Assembly: GCA_035528115.1 (NCBI GenBank)
Contig: DATKZF010000001.1
Span: 28,508 to 92,507, forward strand
DNA from: Candidatus Bipolaricaulota bacterium
GTDB taxonomy: Bacteria > Patescibacteriota > Patescibacteriia > UBA11705 > DATKZF01
Length of the DNA: 64,000 nt
Direction: 5' to 3'
A model generated the notes under the pieces. The model had not been told where the DNA came from. It did no database searches and saw nothing but the letters and a program-made list of their open reading frames with translations. The position numbers and the translations under genes are program-made. Positions 46,933 to 56,343 of the stretch are shown here, one piece after another; the stretch's first letter is position 1, and every line of letters begins with the position of its first letter.

Positions 46933-47546
46933 AAAAATTAAAAAACGCGTTATTGATTTTGGGTATTGTCGCTTTGATCGGAGCAAGTATGTATGTGGGT
47001 TGGTCAGTGGCCAAGCCGGAAAAGACTCAACGCCTCGTGACCGCTGAGGTTATTTTGACGACTCTTCACGCGCAGGGTTTTTTAATCAGCGAGAAATATG
47101 TTTTTGACGAACCGATCACCATTGAAAACACCCAGGGCACCTGGAAAGACTTGTTCTTCGGTCAAACGATCGAAGCTCGCGGCGTGGTAGAGGTCAGTAT
47201 GGGAATTGATTTGCAAAAAGTCAAAGAAGAAGATGTTGATTTTCAATTGAATAAAGTGATTCTTTATTTGCCGCAAACGGAAATTTACAATACTCGTCTG
47301 GTCGGCAGAATCGACGTGCAAAACAAGCAAGGCATATTAAAGCGGCTTTTGGACAGCGACGACGGTTATAATCAAGCCTTGGAAGAGCTGACCGTTCAGG
47401 CCGAAGCCGCGGCGAAACAAGAAAATTTGCAAAAAATAGCGGATGAAAACGCGGTGGCGGAAATTACCAGAATATTGAAGCTGGTGGTTAAGGATAAAGA
47501 GATTGAAGTTCGTTTTAAAAATAATGAAAAAAACGAGGGGATATAG
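46929..47546 (+). CDS. DUF4230-family protein
   Basis: N-terminal TM, G.V..GIDL..V, LPQTEI and a C-terminal helical A..NA segment. Confidence 0.75.
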   Translation: MKKLKNALLILGIVALIGASMYVGWSVAKPEKTQRLVTAEVILTTLHAQGFLISEKYVFDEPITIENTQGTWKDLFFGQTIEARGVVEVSMGIDLQKVKEEDVDFQLNKVILYLPQTEIYNTRLVGRIDVQNKQGILKRLLDSDDGYNQALEELTVQAEAAAKQENLQKIADENAVAEITRILKLVVKDKEIEVRFKNNEKNEGI

Positions 47547-47549
47547 TCT

Positions 47550-48455
47550 ATGAAGCGACTGATGATATTTTTTTGGTTGTTTATATTGTTTTCGGCCTTG
47601 CCCGTTTTGGCGGCGAACAAAAACATCGACGTGCCGTTCACGGTGCAAGCTCCCGACGGCTGGTACTCGCCGTTTGACGAAGCGTGTGAAGAAGCGGCCA
47701 TTGTCATGCTGGATAATTTTTATCAAGGCAAAAATTATATTGCCGATCCCAAAAAAGAAATTTTAGCCGTAGTGAGTATTGAAAATAAACTCTGGGGGTA
47801 CAATAAAGACACGGACGCTCATCAAATGGCTCATATTATCAATAATTTTTTCGCTTTTGAAACGGACACGAAAAATAACTCGACTTTGGCGGCGATAAAA
47901 AATGAAATTGATAATAATCGTCCGGTGTTGGTGCCGGTTTACGGCCGCGGCTTGTCAAATCCCAATTTTCGCGGGGCCGGTCCGATTTATCACGTGGTTA
48001 TAATCAAGGGGTATGATGATTCGACCAAAGAATTCATTGTTAATGAACCGGGTACTATTCATGGTCATGATTGGCGATACGATTTCGATGAAATGATGAA
48101 CGCGATTCATGATTTGAATTATTCCAATCAGCAGGAAGGCGCCAAAGTTGTTTTATTCACGCATGACGACATTAGACATTCGGGCTGGAGCGACGCGGAC
48201 AAAGACGGCTTTTCAAAATCCGAAGAAATGAAATCCGGCACTGATTTAAAATCGGCTTTGTCATTTCCCGGACAAAATTTCGCGATCTATAACAATAAAA
48301 TTTTGCGAAGTTTCACCGATCCCAGAGTATTTTTAATTAATAACGGTCATAAATCCAGAATTTATTCAGCGAGAGAGCTTTTTGCCAAAGGCTTTGATTG
48401 GAGGGATTTGCTCAGAGTCGAGCAAAACGTTTTGGATTTGATACCCAATCAATAA
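47550..48455 (+). CDS. Secreted C39-like peptidase
   Basis: VPFTVQAP..W...ACEEAA (Cys), YHVVIIKGYD (His) and NEPG. Confidence 0.82.
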   Translation: MKRLMIFFWLFILFSALPVLAANKNIDVPFTVQAPDGWYSPFDEACEEAAIVMLDNFYQGKNYIADPKKEILAVVSIENKLWGYNKDTDAHQMAHIINNFFAFETDTKNNSTLAAIKNEIDNNRPVLVPVYGRGLSNPNFRGAGPIYHVVIIKGYDDSTKEFIVNEPGTIHGHDWRYDFDEMMNAIHDLNYSNQQEGAKVVLFTHDDIRHSGWSDADKDGFSKSEEMKSGTDLKSALSFPGQNFAIYNNKILRSFTDPRVFLINNGHKSRIYSARELFAKGFDWRDLLRVEQNVLDLIPNQ

Positions 48456-48459
48456 AAAT

Positions 48460-49047
48460 ATGGTTGAATCGATTCGCGAATCTTTGCCGGCGGCCAAACC
48501 CGCTCGAAGACCCGGTAAAAAAAATATCAGGCCGGTCTTGTCCAGTTTTGAGCTGGATAAAATCAGCTCGGAAGATGAAAAAATAATCAAATCTTTTTGG
48601 CGGGCGATTGACATGGACGTCGACCCGGCCGCCAATATTGTGATTTATTCTCAAGATTTAATAGAGGGCGATCCGGAAGCCAGAAAACAAATGGAAAACG
48701 CTTTTGACAGATTGAGAAATAAAAAAGCCTTGAATTTTCCCGATCAGCGCAAATTGCATTTTGAGCAAATAGTTGATGAAATCGCTTTGGCCGATTTTTT
48801 ACCGGTCGGAATTCGAACCAGAAAATCAGATCCCATTCCAACAAACGGCAAATTGTATTTGATTGATGAATATGGAAAGTTAAATTGGTATTTCGGTGAG
48901 GCAAAAGAAGATAAGGTCATGGATTTGCGTCCATTTGAAGCCATAGGCGCTTCGATGCTGCCGTCGTTTGGCGAAGGAGCGCTGAAAAAGTTGATGGATG
49001 CTGTAATCGAAAAACAGATGGCGGCCGCGGAGAAAAAAATGTCATGA
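48460..49047 (+). CDS. Hypothetical protein
   Basis: 195-aa ORF in operon context. Confidence 0.65.
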   Translation: MVESIRESLPAAKPARRPGKKNIRPVLSSFELDKISSEDEKIIKSFWRAIDMDVDPAANIVIYSQDLIEGDPEARKQMENAFDRLRNKKALNFPDQRKLHFEQIVDEIALADFLPVGIRTRKSDPIPTNGKLYLIDEYGKLNWYFGEAKEDKVMDLRPFEAIGASMLPSFGEGALKKLMDAVIEKQMAAAEKKMS

Positions 49048-49152
49048 ACAACCGTTTATGGTTAGCGGGAGTTTTCCAATTTAAAATCAAAAATAAAAAC
49101 AGGCAATTGAAAGGTTGCTTTATTTTTCCCAAAGGGATTCTGTTGGGATAAA

Positions 49153-49271
49153 TTTGTGACCATTGGTAACGAAACAAGAAATACTACAACCAAGGATAGC
49201 TTAATAGACGTGGTAATTTGTAACTAATATAACGCCAAGGCTAGCCAATCGGCGGCAATCATTTGTAACGT
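49153..49271 (+). repeat. Array E: copy of the tail of array C, ending directly at an ATG
   Basis: ccaaggatagcttaatag...atttgtaac.aatataacgccaaggctagc...gcaat.atttgtaacgt-ATG, matching 6120-6223. Confidence 0.82.
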
Positions 49272-49970
49272 ATGAATAAATTCGCCAAAAAAATTTTAAA
49301 TCAAATTCGAAACGTGGTTTTCGGCGTTGAAGACGGCCTGATTTCCACGCTCGGAGTATTAACGGGCATTGCCGGAGGCACGAACAACAAGGCAATCGTG
49401 ATTTTAACCGGCTTCGTGGTCGTTTTTGTGGAAGCGTCATCAATGGCCGTGGGCACGTTTCTTTCATCCAAATCCGAAAGACAAGCCAAGGTTAAAAAAT
49501 TAAAGGAAGAATTGGAAAAAATCAGGGAAAATCCTGAAAAAGAAAAGCTGGAATTGGTTGAATTTTATAAAAGAAGAGGTTACAGCGAAAAAGAAATCAG
49601 CATGATGGTGAAACGAGTCAGCGGCAGTGAAAAATTGATTTTGGAAGAAATGGCCAATAAGGAACTGGGCATTTCCATGAAAAGAGAATATAAAACAAAG
49701 CGAGGAGCGTTTTATATGTTCTTTTCATATATGATCGGTGGTTCAATCCCCGTGTTGCCTTATTTTTTCTTTTCGGTAAATATTGGCATTGTTTTTTCAA
49801 TAATATTAACCTCAATCGGACTTTTCTTTTTGGGATATTACAAGGGCTGGTTGACTGGAGTGCCTAAGGTTAAAAGCGGTTTGGAAATGTTTGTCATGGC
49901 GGCCGTGGTGTCAGGATTGGGATTTGCCGTAGGCAAAATAATCGGCCACTTCATTGGCTTGGTTTCATAA
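49272..49970 (+). CDS. VIT1/CCC1 family metal transporter
   Basis: VFGVEDGL, SMAVGTFLS, ELG and GGSIPVLPY. Confidence 0.9.
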   Translation: MNKFAKKILNQIRNVVFGVEDGLISTLGVLTGIAGGTNNKAIVILTGFVVVFVEASSMAVGTFLSSKSERQAKVKKLKEELEKIRENPEKEKLELVEFYKRRGYSEKEISMMVKRVSGSEKLILEEMANKELGISMKREYKTKRGAFYMFFSYMIGGSIPVLPYFFFSVNIGIVFSIILTSIGLFFLGYYKGWLTGVPKVKSGLEMFVMAAVVSGLGFAVGKIIGHFIGLVS

Positions 49971-49971
49971 T

Positions 49972-50418
49972 ATGACTTTGGTTAATTACAAAAAGAAAAG
50001 AAAATTTGAAAAAACATCGGAACCCAAAGCCGTGGTGGCAAGTTCGAAAAAAGGAAATATTTATTCCATTCAAGAGCATCATGCCAGAAATTTGCATTGG
50101 GATTTGAGGTTGGAAGAAAAAGGCGTTTTAAAATCCTTCGCCATTCCCAAGACTCCGCCGAGAAAAACGGGACTGAAGCGTTTGGCGGTTCAGACCGAAG
50201 ACCATCCGGTGGCTTACGCGTTTTGGCAGGGAGAAATTCCCAAAGGAGAATACGGAGGCGGTAAAGTTAAAATTTGGGATAGGGGGGAATATAAGACGAT
50301 TGAAAAAGATAAGAAAAAATGGTTGATTGAAATTTCCGGTAAAAAATTAAAAGGCAAATACGCCCTGATTCATTTTAGAGAAAAAAATTGGTTGTTTTTC
50401 AAAATGAAAAAAGATTAA
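49972..50418 (+). CDS. Standalone LigD 3'-phosphoesterase (PE) domain
   Basis: YKKKRKFEKTSEP, QEHHARNLHWDLRLE, RLAVQTEDHP, YGGG.V.IWDRG and GKKLKG. Confidence 0.9.
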   Translation: MTLVNYKKKRKFEKTSEPKAVVASSKKGNIYSIQEHHARNLHWDLRLEEKGVLKSFAIPKTPPRKTGLKRLAVQTEDHPVAYAFWQGEIPKGEYGGGKVKIWDRGEYKTIEKDKKKWLIEISGKKLKGKYALIHFREKNWLFFKMKKD

Positions 50419-50458
50419 AATTACAAATTATAAAAGCCTCGTCGAGTTTCGGCGGGGC

Positions 50459-50683
50459 TTATTGGTTTTCGGGGGTGCCTTGTAGGTACCCCATGAGATA
50501 TTCCGGCGTGCTACCGGAGTTGGCGCGACGTTCGAACGCGTCTTTTTTGCCGTGATTCCATTCACGGAAATTCCCCGTGATGTGCGGGCACTCGGACTCG
50601 TGAAACCCTTGATTTCTCAGACAATACGCGCACTTCATCGGGAGCAAGATTACCGCGAGATCGATGTCATTTGGACGCATCAC
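50459..50683 (-). CDS. Small hypothetical protein with CxxC-H-C motif (solo cassette)
   Basis: CAYC...H..ECP and YLMGY..G. TTGACA-17-CATAAT promoter and AAAGGA SD. Confidence 0.55.
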   Translation of the reverse strand: MMRPNDIDLAVILLPMKCAYCLRNQGFHESECPHITGNFREWNHGKKDAFERRANSGSTPEYLMGYLQGTPENQ

Positions 50684-50806
50684 AAGCTCTTCCTTTCACG
50701 CCTTGGCGTTGTAAACATTGTTATTATGCATAGATTAATATTTTTTGTCAAGTTTGCGTTTTATTCGAAAATTGTATAAATTATAGTGTGCATAGGAGGT
50801 GAAGCG

Positions 50807-51142
50807 ATGAGTGTAAACTCTGAAATTGTAAGACTGCACGGAAAATTGGTTGGCCGGAGAAGACGCGATGCAAAAAGATGGGAGCTTTCTTTGTCGGACA
50901 CGACATCAAGAGATGACCTGATTGCGCTACTAGAGTATTTGCGTGAAGAAACTCCGCGGTTTTGCCGAATACCCGGGGTGAACTTCTTGAAAGACAGAGA
51001 TCCTCGCTCGCTCATTTTGAAGCTGTTGGCGATCAAAAACGACAAGAGAAGATCGCGAAAAAAATACGAGCGCAGAACGGCAGTCATGATTTCCAGAATC
51101 GATAATTGCATCGAAATACTGATCCAAATCTCGCGAAGCTGA
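50807..51142 (+). CDS. Basic hypothetical protein (solo cassette)
   Basis: AGGAGGT SD before the ATG at 50807 and a downstream hairpin. Confidence 0.55.
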   Translation: MSVNSEIVRLHGKLVGRRRRDAKRWELSLSDTTSRDDLIALLEYLREETPRFCRIPGVNFLKDRDPRSLILKLLAIKNDKRRSRKKYERRTAVMISRIDNCIEILIQISRS

Positions 51143-51279
51143 TTCATAATCGGCTTTTTAAAATTTTAAAAGACAGATCGTGAATCTGTCTTAGAACGTC
51201 GATTGACTGATATCAACAGTTTTTTTGACAGAAAATGCGAATATTTATACGCTTTAATCAGGAAGGTAGGAGGTCACAC

Positions 51280-51540
51280 ATGTGTTATGTCAAGCTCAAG
51301 GGAGGGAAACAGGTTCACAGACTGTTTTTTTTGGCCGTGTTGAATCAGGTGCGAACGCTGGCCATATTTTATCCTGAAGCTTTTGTCGCTTTGCGGCAAT
51401 GCTGCATCGAGCCCGGACAAGAGCTGCCGTCTGATATTCTGGAAACGCTAAACAGCGAGCTTTATCTCGTTGACGTAGGAGGCAATGTTTGCCCTGAATT
51501 AAGAGACATAGTAATCTCTCTAATGATCAAAGACGGATAA
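51280..51540 (+). CDS. Small hypothetical protein (solo cassette)
   Basis: TTGACA-17-TACGCT promoter and GGAGGT SD. Confidence 0.55.
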   Translation: MCYVKLKGGKQVHRLFFLAVLNQVRTLAIFYPEAFVALRQCCIEPGQELPSDILETLNSELYLVDVGGNVCPELRDIVISLMIKDG

Positions 51541-51613
51541 ACTTATCCGTTTTTTCAATCTTGACTTCGGGTCGGTTTTGATGTATATTGTATTTTGTAA
51601 TCGTTATGCATTG

Positions 51614-51786
51614 GCCGGCATAGCTTCCGCCTTCGCTCCTCGCTTTGCTCAGAGCTTCGGCGGACAGGTCCGCCTACGTTGAAACTTCGGCGGACAGGCA
51701 GTGGTTTTGCCCGCTCGACTCAGTGGAGCTTCGCGAGCGGGTCCGCTCAGCAGCGAATCTGCGTGAGCGGATAAACCATTGGTTGT
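51614..51786 (+). pseudogene. Disrupted 5' copy of tRNA-Thr carrying four palindromic insertions
   Basis: gccggcatagct[51626-51698]cagtggttttg[51710-51771]taaaccattggttgt matches the 5' two-thirds of the adjacent tRNA-Thr. Confidence 0.8.
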
Positions 51787-51818
51787 ATTGCCCTTTGTAA
51801 TTAATCACTATTTATCGT

Positions 51819-51893
51819 GCCAGCGTAGCTCAGTGGCAGAGCAGTGGTTTTGTAAACCATTGGTCGTGGGTTCGACTCCCTCCGCTGGCTCCA
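51819..51893 (+). tRNA. tRNA-Thr(TGT)
   Basis: GCCAGCG...GTGGT-TT-TGT-AA-ACCAT...GTTCGACTC...CGCTGGC-TCCA. Confidence 0.95.
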
Positions 51894-51918
51894 CTCTAAA
51901 TTTTGAAAAAGAGTATAA

Positions 51919-52036
51919 CGTGGGTTCCCACCTGCGCTCCTCGCTCCGCTCGTAGGAGTTACGCCTGCCTTCGTCCCTCGACAAGCTCAGGGCTTCCGCC
52001 TACGCCAATGCTTCGGCGGACAGGTCGGCTGGCAGG
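51919..52036 (+). repeat. Nested palindromic elements downstream of tRNA-Thr
   Basis: cctgccttcgtccctcgacaagctcagggct[tccgcctacgccaatgcttcggcggacagg]tcggctggcagg, preceded by cgtgggttc (T-arm-like). Confidence 0.72.
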
Positions 52037-52106
52037 CCATTTCGCCCTTGATTTGTTTTGAAATAAGGTGTATAATTAAAAACGTTGAATATTTAATATA
52101 GAAAAT

Positions 52107-52262
52107 ATGTCACAAGACAACATGATTAAATTGGAGTGCAAGGAATGCAAGCAAATCAATTATTACTCTCATAAAAACAAGAAAATTTTGAAAGAAAGAC
52201 TTGAGATGAAAAAACATTGCAAGCATTGCAAAAAGCACACCATGCACAAAGAAATCAAGTAA
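52107..52262 (+). CDS. rpmG: 50S ribosomal protein L33 (zinc-binding type, not in the ORF track)
   Basis: [51 protein letters not shown]. Confidence 0.95.
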   Translation: MSQDNMIKLECKECKQINYYSHKNKKILKERLEMKKHCKHCKKHTMHKEIK

Positions 52263-52264
52263 AT

Positions 52265-52293
52265 AAAAAACCTCTCGACAAGAGAGGTTTTTT
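52265..52293. terminator. Bidirectional intrinsic terminator
   Basis: aaaaaacctctc-gacaa-gagaggtttttt. Confidence 0.75.
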
Positions 52294-52300
52294 GTTTTTC

Positions 52301-54385
52301 TTAATATTTGAAAATGTAAATTTGATCGTCTATGGATTTTGATTCCAAGGAGTTGGCAATTGCTTGCGTCACCGTATTATTGAAATTATTCCAGTATTTC
52401 GGAATCACGAAATAAACCGTGTCCGCGCCCGTTAAATTTTTAACTTCATTGACGTATTCGATCTTGGGGGCATCGTTGACCATTTTAAGAAAATATTGAT
52501 ACAGCTCGCCGCCGGTGGGAACGGGATAATAAAAATAGCCGTTTAAGGTCGGCGCAAAGCCGTACAATCTAACGGCCGCGGCTGAAGTGTTTTGATTCGC
52601 CAGCACCACATATTTTTCGCTTTCGTTTTTATTGATATATTCGGCCGCGGCAAAATCGTATTTGCTGACATTGACGGCCGGGTCGGCTGAGACATTGTCG
52701 AATCGCGGATAACTCAGGTAAAAGCCGGCGCAAATCAGCAGAGAAGCCATGACTTGAAATGAAATTTCGGCCAACCTCTTTTCTTTGATTTTATCAATCA
52801 ATAGATTCCATGCTGAAATAAAAACAGGGGTCATTATGATAAACATTAAGAAAATCAGCCGCTGAGCGTAATCCGAGCGTTCGTAATAAATCAGCTCGTT
52901 GAAGGCGAAAATATTTTTTAGAATCAAGTAATTGATTAAAATAAGGAAGAAAGCGCCGAGGTAAATGCTGAAAACGCGCGTTTCTTTTTTTCGCTCGGCG
53001 GATTTTTTTATGGCGAATAAAATAAAGATGGCGATAAATATCAAAAAGAAAAATTTCCAATTGAAGCCGTAAAAATAAACCAAGTCAAGGATGTATCTGA
53101 AATTGTTTTTCCAGTAAAATACGTGCGTGAAAAAATGTCCGGCCGATTCAACCATTGCCTGCAAATCAAAAGATAAAATTGTTCGCTGGCCGCCCAGAAG
53201 CCCGGCCGCCATAAAAGCGAGCGGCGCTATTGTCGCGGATAAAATAATATAGCCGATTTTTAAAGCTTTGATTCCAATCGACTCGCTGCGTTTTTGAAAG
53301 ATTAAAATTCCGATGGCGAATAAAAAGGCAGGCAGGCCGGACAGCGGATGGACGCAAATGGCGGCCGCGGCGAAAAAAATCGGCCACAGCCAAGAAATGC
53401 TTTTTTCCTTTAAATATTTGAAACAGAGAAAAGAGACGATCAAACAAAATAAAAAAGAAAGATATTGGGGAGTGGTCACGATCAAAAAAGAGCAGGGAAC
53501 TGTCAGAAATAACAGCGCGGCCGCCGGTTTGATTCTTTTTACGCAGCTCAGAATAAGGTGAGGCAAGGCCGCCGCGGCCAAAACGGGTAAAAGCAATCTG
53601 TCCAGCCAGTCGATGGGAACTGCCAATACTTTATTGGCGAATACTTCAATGGCGTATTGGCCCAGATAATAAAACGGTTTGGGCGAGACAAAGCCGTCTT
53701 TGACGATGAGCTCGACCGTTTTTTGATGAATGAACGGATCATAACCGAAACCGAGTTTATAAACGATAACCGCCACTGAAAATGACAGAAAAAAATGAAT
53801 GGACAAAAATATTTTTTGCCAGAATTTTTTGAGCTTCACCCGGGTCAGAAAAACTATAAGAATGAAAGTGGCGATGAAATAAACGATAAAAATTCTTTTG
53901 TCGATAAAAGCCCATGGAGTTGGCGCGGCAATGTCGTTTCTACCGTCAATGATGATTTTGAAAGCGAAACCGGCCGCGATCAGATAGCTTGTAGCGCATA
54001 AAAATTCCCTGAAGTCCAATTTCAATTTCGGCCAAGACGGCCTTTTCAGCGGCGCGCCAAACTTAAGCCATAGCGCTGAAATATGCCCGCCAAGGAAAAC
54101 GGACATTAATGCAATGGCCAAATCGTTCAATTGATAAATAAAATAAACCACTGATCCCAAAATCGCGATTTCTCCGATCATGATCAACGCGGCCCACAGC
54201 CATGAGCGCAAAGCGGTTTTGCCCAACAGCGAGTAAAGAAGATATAAATTCAGCAAAATAAACAAAAGTCCGGAAATCAAATGCCAGATCATGTTGACGG
54301 CCGCGTATTGATTGACGCAGACGGCCGCGGTCAATAAAAGGTCGAAGAATAAAACGAGAATTTTAATTTTCATATCTGAGACCAT
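52301..54385 (-). CDS. Large polytopic membrane protein (possible GT-C-like glycosyltransferase)
   Basis: Many TM helices, a GYDPFIH loop and a C-terminal soluble domain. Confidence 0.7.
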   Translation of the reverse strand: MVSDMKIKILVLFFDLLLTAAVCVNQYAAVNMIWHLISGLLFILLNLYLLYSLLGKTALRSWLWAALIMIGEIAILGSVVYFIYQLNDLAIALMSVFLGGHISALWLKFGAPLKRPSWPKLKLDFREFLCATSYLIAAGFAFKIIIDGRNDIAAPTPWAFIDKRIFIVYFIATFILIVFLTRVKLKKFWQKIFLSIHFFLSFSVAVIVYKLGFGYDPFIHQKTVELIVKDGFVSPKPFYYLGQYAIEVFANKVLAVPIDWLDRLLLPVLAAAALPHLILSCVKRIKPAAALLFLTVPCSFLIVTTPQYLSFLFCLIVSFLCFKYLKEKSISWLWPIFFAAAAICVHPLSGLPAFLFAIGILIFQKRSESIGIKALKIGYIILSATIAPLAFMAAGLLGGQRTILSFDLQAMVESAGHFFTHVFYWKNNFRYILDLVYFYGFNWKFFFLIFIAIFILFAIKKSAERKKETRVFSIYLGAFFLILINYLILKNIFAFNELIYYERSDYAQRLIFLMFIIMTPVFISAWNLLIDKIKEKRLAEISFQVMASLLICAGFYLSYPRFDNVSADPAVNVSKYDFAAAEYINKNESEKYVVLANQNTSAAAVRLYGFAPTLNGYFYYPVPTGGELYQYFLKMVNDAPKIEYVNEVKNLTGADTVYFVIPKYWNNFNNTVTQAIANSLESKSIDDQIYIFKY

Positions 54386-54457
54386 TGTAGCCTCAAATCA
54401 AAGGCTTTTCAAACGGTTAGCTTGATAATTACGATTTTTTTGGTAGAATGGCATTAT

Positions 54458-56038
54458 ATGATTAAACCGGTTGAAAATTTATTGGCCGCTTATTTCGAGG
54501 AATCCAAGCCGTTGGAATATGAAGAGGAAAGCACTATTGGCGTGAATGAAGTGATTGCCAAGGCTGTTTTGGCTTATGAAAAAATTAGAAATATCGTGGA
54601 CTACCGCGATGAACATCTTTTGCGAAAAAGCGCCATTCAGCGCATTTGCAAAAGAAGGTTTTCCGAAGTGCTCCGAGGCGCTCAGATCGGCGATACATTG
54701 ATCAGGGAGTTGATTCGAGCCGGCTACGTGGCCAACCATTCTCTGCCGGAGACCAAAGTCAACGAATTGAACGGCGCTTTGAATAAGACGGCCAATCTGT
54801 GGCTGGCCGTAAAAGACTCTTTGACTTTTTCCGAACAAAAGAAAATTAAAAATTGGCTGCTGGGAATTTTATCGGTCGAGATTGAAGAATTGATCATAAA
54901 AACGGATTTCAAACGCGCGTTGGTCAATGCGGCGTTTTCGATCGCCAAATTGCAAACGGAAATTTTGGACGAAAAGATGTCCGATGATGAAAAGGATCTT
55001 CAACTTTACGTGGGCATTCAGCGGGCGTTGTTTAAGTCGGACAATGAGATGATCTCTTACGCTCTTTTACGTTTGTATTATCCGGCTTGGTTTGAAAATC
55101 CTGATGAAATTTTCGATGAAATTAAAATCAATATCCTGGGCATAAAGAAAATGATCGATCATCAGATTAAGCACCCGCTGGGCCGAAAGATCCAAAGATA
55201 TTGCAAATCATTCAGCGTTTATTTTTACGTCATTAAGGATTTGATTGAAGAAGATCCCGACCAAATCGAAGAAATTTTTTCCGACCCGGAGGCGACCAAG
55301 GAATTATTGAAGGGGATTATTGAAAAGAAAAAAATAGCGGTGAACAGTCGTCTGAATAAAAGCATTTGGCGCGCCATGATTTATATTTTGCTGACCAAAA
55401 TGCTGATCGCCTTGGCGCTGGAAGTGCCGTTCGAATATTTTTTATTCAAGGAAATTAACTTGATTCCGCTTTTCATAAATTTGTTCGGCCCCATTGTCTT
55501 GTTGTTTTTTATCGGCAAAACCATAGTTGTTTCATCAAGCAAAAACGCGGAGAAAATTCTGACGCAGACGATGAGTATTATTTACGGTTGGACCGAGAAT
55601 ATGAAGAAAACGATTATCAAGCCGCCGAGAAATTGGGGAGCGCTGAAACATATCATTTTCGGACTTTTTTACTTTTGCACTTATTTTATCAGCTTCGGCG
55701 CCATCGTCTGGGGTCTGGCCGAGCTTGAATTCAATGTGGTCAGCGGCGCGATATTTTTGGTGTTTTTGAGCATTGTCAGCTTTTTCGGCTACCGTTTGCG
55801 CCAAAATGCCAAAGAAATGTATGTGCTCAAGGAAAAAGGCGGTTTTTTGTCCAGCTTGATGGAATTTTTCTTCATGCCCGTTATAAAAGTGGGGCAGGAG
55901 ATTTCCACCAATTTTTCTAAAATAAACGTTTTTATTTTTATTCTCGACTTTATAATTGCCGCGCCGTTTAATATCATCATTGACATCATTGACGACTGGT
56001 TCGCGTTTTTGAAGGAGAAAAAGGATGAGATTTACTAA
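54458..56038 (+). CDS. Conserved hypothetical protein with C-terminal TM helices
   Basis: YEKIRNIVDYRDEHLLRKSAI.RI; helical N-terminus and at least four TM segments. Confidence 0.75.
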   Translation: MIKPVENLLAAYFEESKPLEYEEESTIGVNEVIAKAVLAYEKIRNIVDYRDEHLLRKSAIQRICKRRFSEVLRGAQIGDTLIRELIRAGYVANHSLPETKVNELNGALNKTANLWLAVKDSLTFSEQKKIKNWLLGILSVEIEELIIKTDFKRALVNAAFSIAKLQTEILDEKMSDDEKDLQLYVGIQRALFKSDNEMISYALLRLYYPAWFENPDEIFDEIKINILGIKKMIDHQIKHPLGRKIQRYCKSFSVYFYVIKDLIEEDPDQIEEIFSDPEATKELLKGIIEKKKIAVNSRLNKSIWRAMIYILLTKMLIALALEVPFEYFLFKEINLIPLFINLFGPIVLLFFIGKTIVVSSSKNAEKILTQTMSIIYGWTENMKKTIIKPPRNWGALKHIIFGLFYFCTYFISFGAIVWGLAELEFNVVSGAIFLVFLSIVSFFGYRLRQNAKEMYVLKEKGGFLSSLMEFFFMPVIKVGQEISTNFSKINVFIFILDFIIAAPFNIIIDIIDDWFAFLKEKKDEIY

Positions 56039-56109
56039 GTGTTTTTCACTTAGCAATCCCGCTTTTGGCGGGGTTTTTTTTATTTGACTAAATTTAGTTT
56101 TGATTAGCA

Positions 56110-56229
56110 TTCGACGAACCTTGGCGTGTCTGCTGGAATTCAGTCTGCGGCAGCGCGGGCTGTAAAGATCCAGAGCTGCCGGACGGATACAAACAATGTT
56201 GGGCAAAGGCCGCGTCCTTGCCCTTTTTT
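56110..56229 (+). ncRNA. Candidate structured RNA or decayed cassette
   Basis: gtgtctg/cggatac closing stem, ctggaattcag hairpin and cggcagc/gctgccg stem, followed by a terminator. Confidence 0.35.
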
Positions 56230-56343
56230 AATTGAAAAAATCGGCATTTTGAGCGCGATTTTGTTGTTGACAAAATGTTGAATATGGCGTATTATTAACT
56301 CTTGTCGTTGATTGCTGGAAACCGCAACTGTTGGAGGGCGGAA

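Noticed and set aside
49044-49151. 35-aa ORF overlapping the upstream stop codon (ATGA)
   Set aside because: It has no recognisable motif and is too short to support from sequence alone.
50459-51540. Integron cassette array
   Set aside because: No integron integrase and no recognisable attC (RYYYAAC...GTTRRRY) sites. The genes have their own promoters and mixed orientation.
51614-51786. Functional intron-containing tRNA
   Set aside because: The D-arm is partly deleted, no T-arm or 3' acceptor strand follows, and the inserts are dispersed hairpin elements rather than group I or BHB introns.
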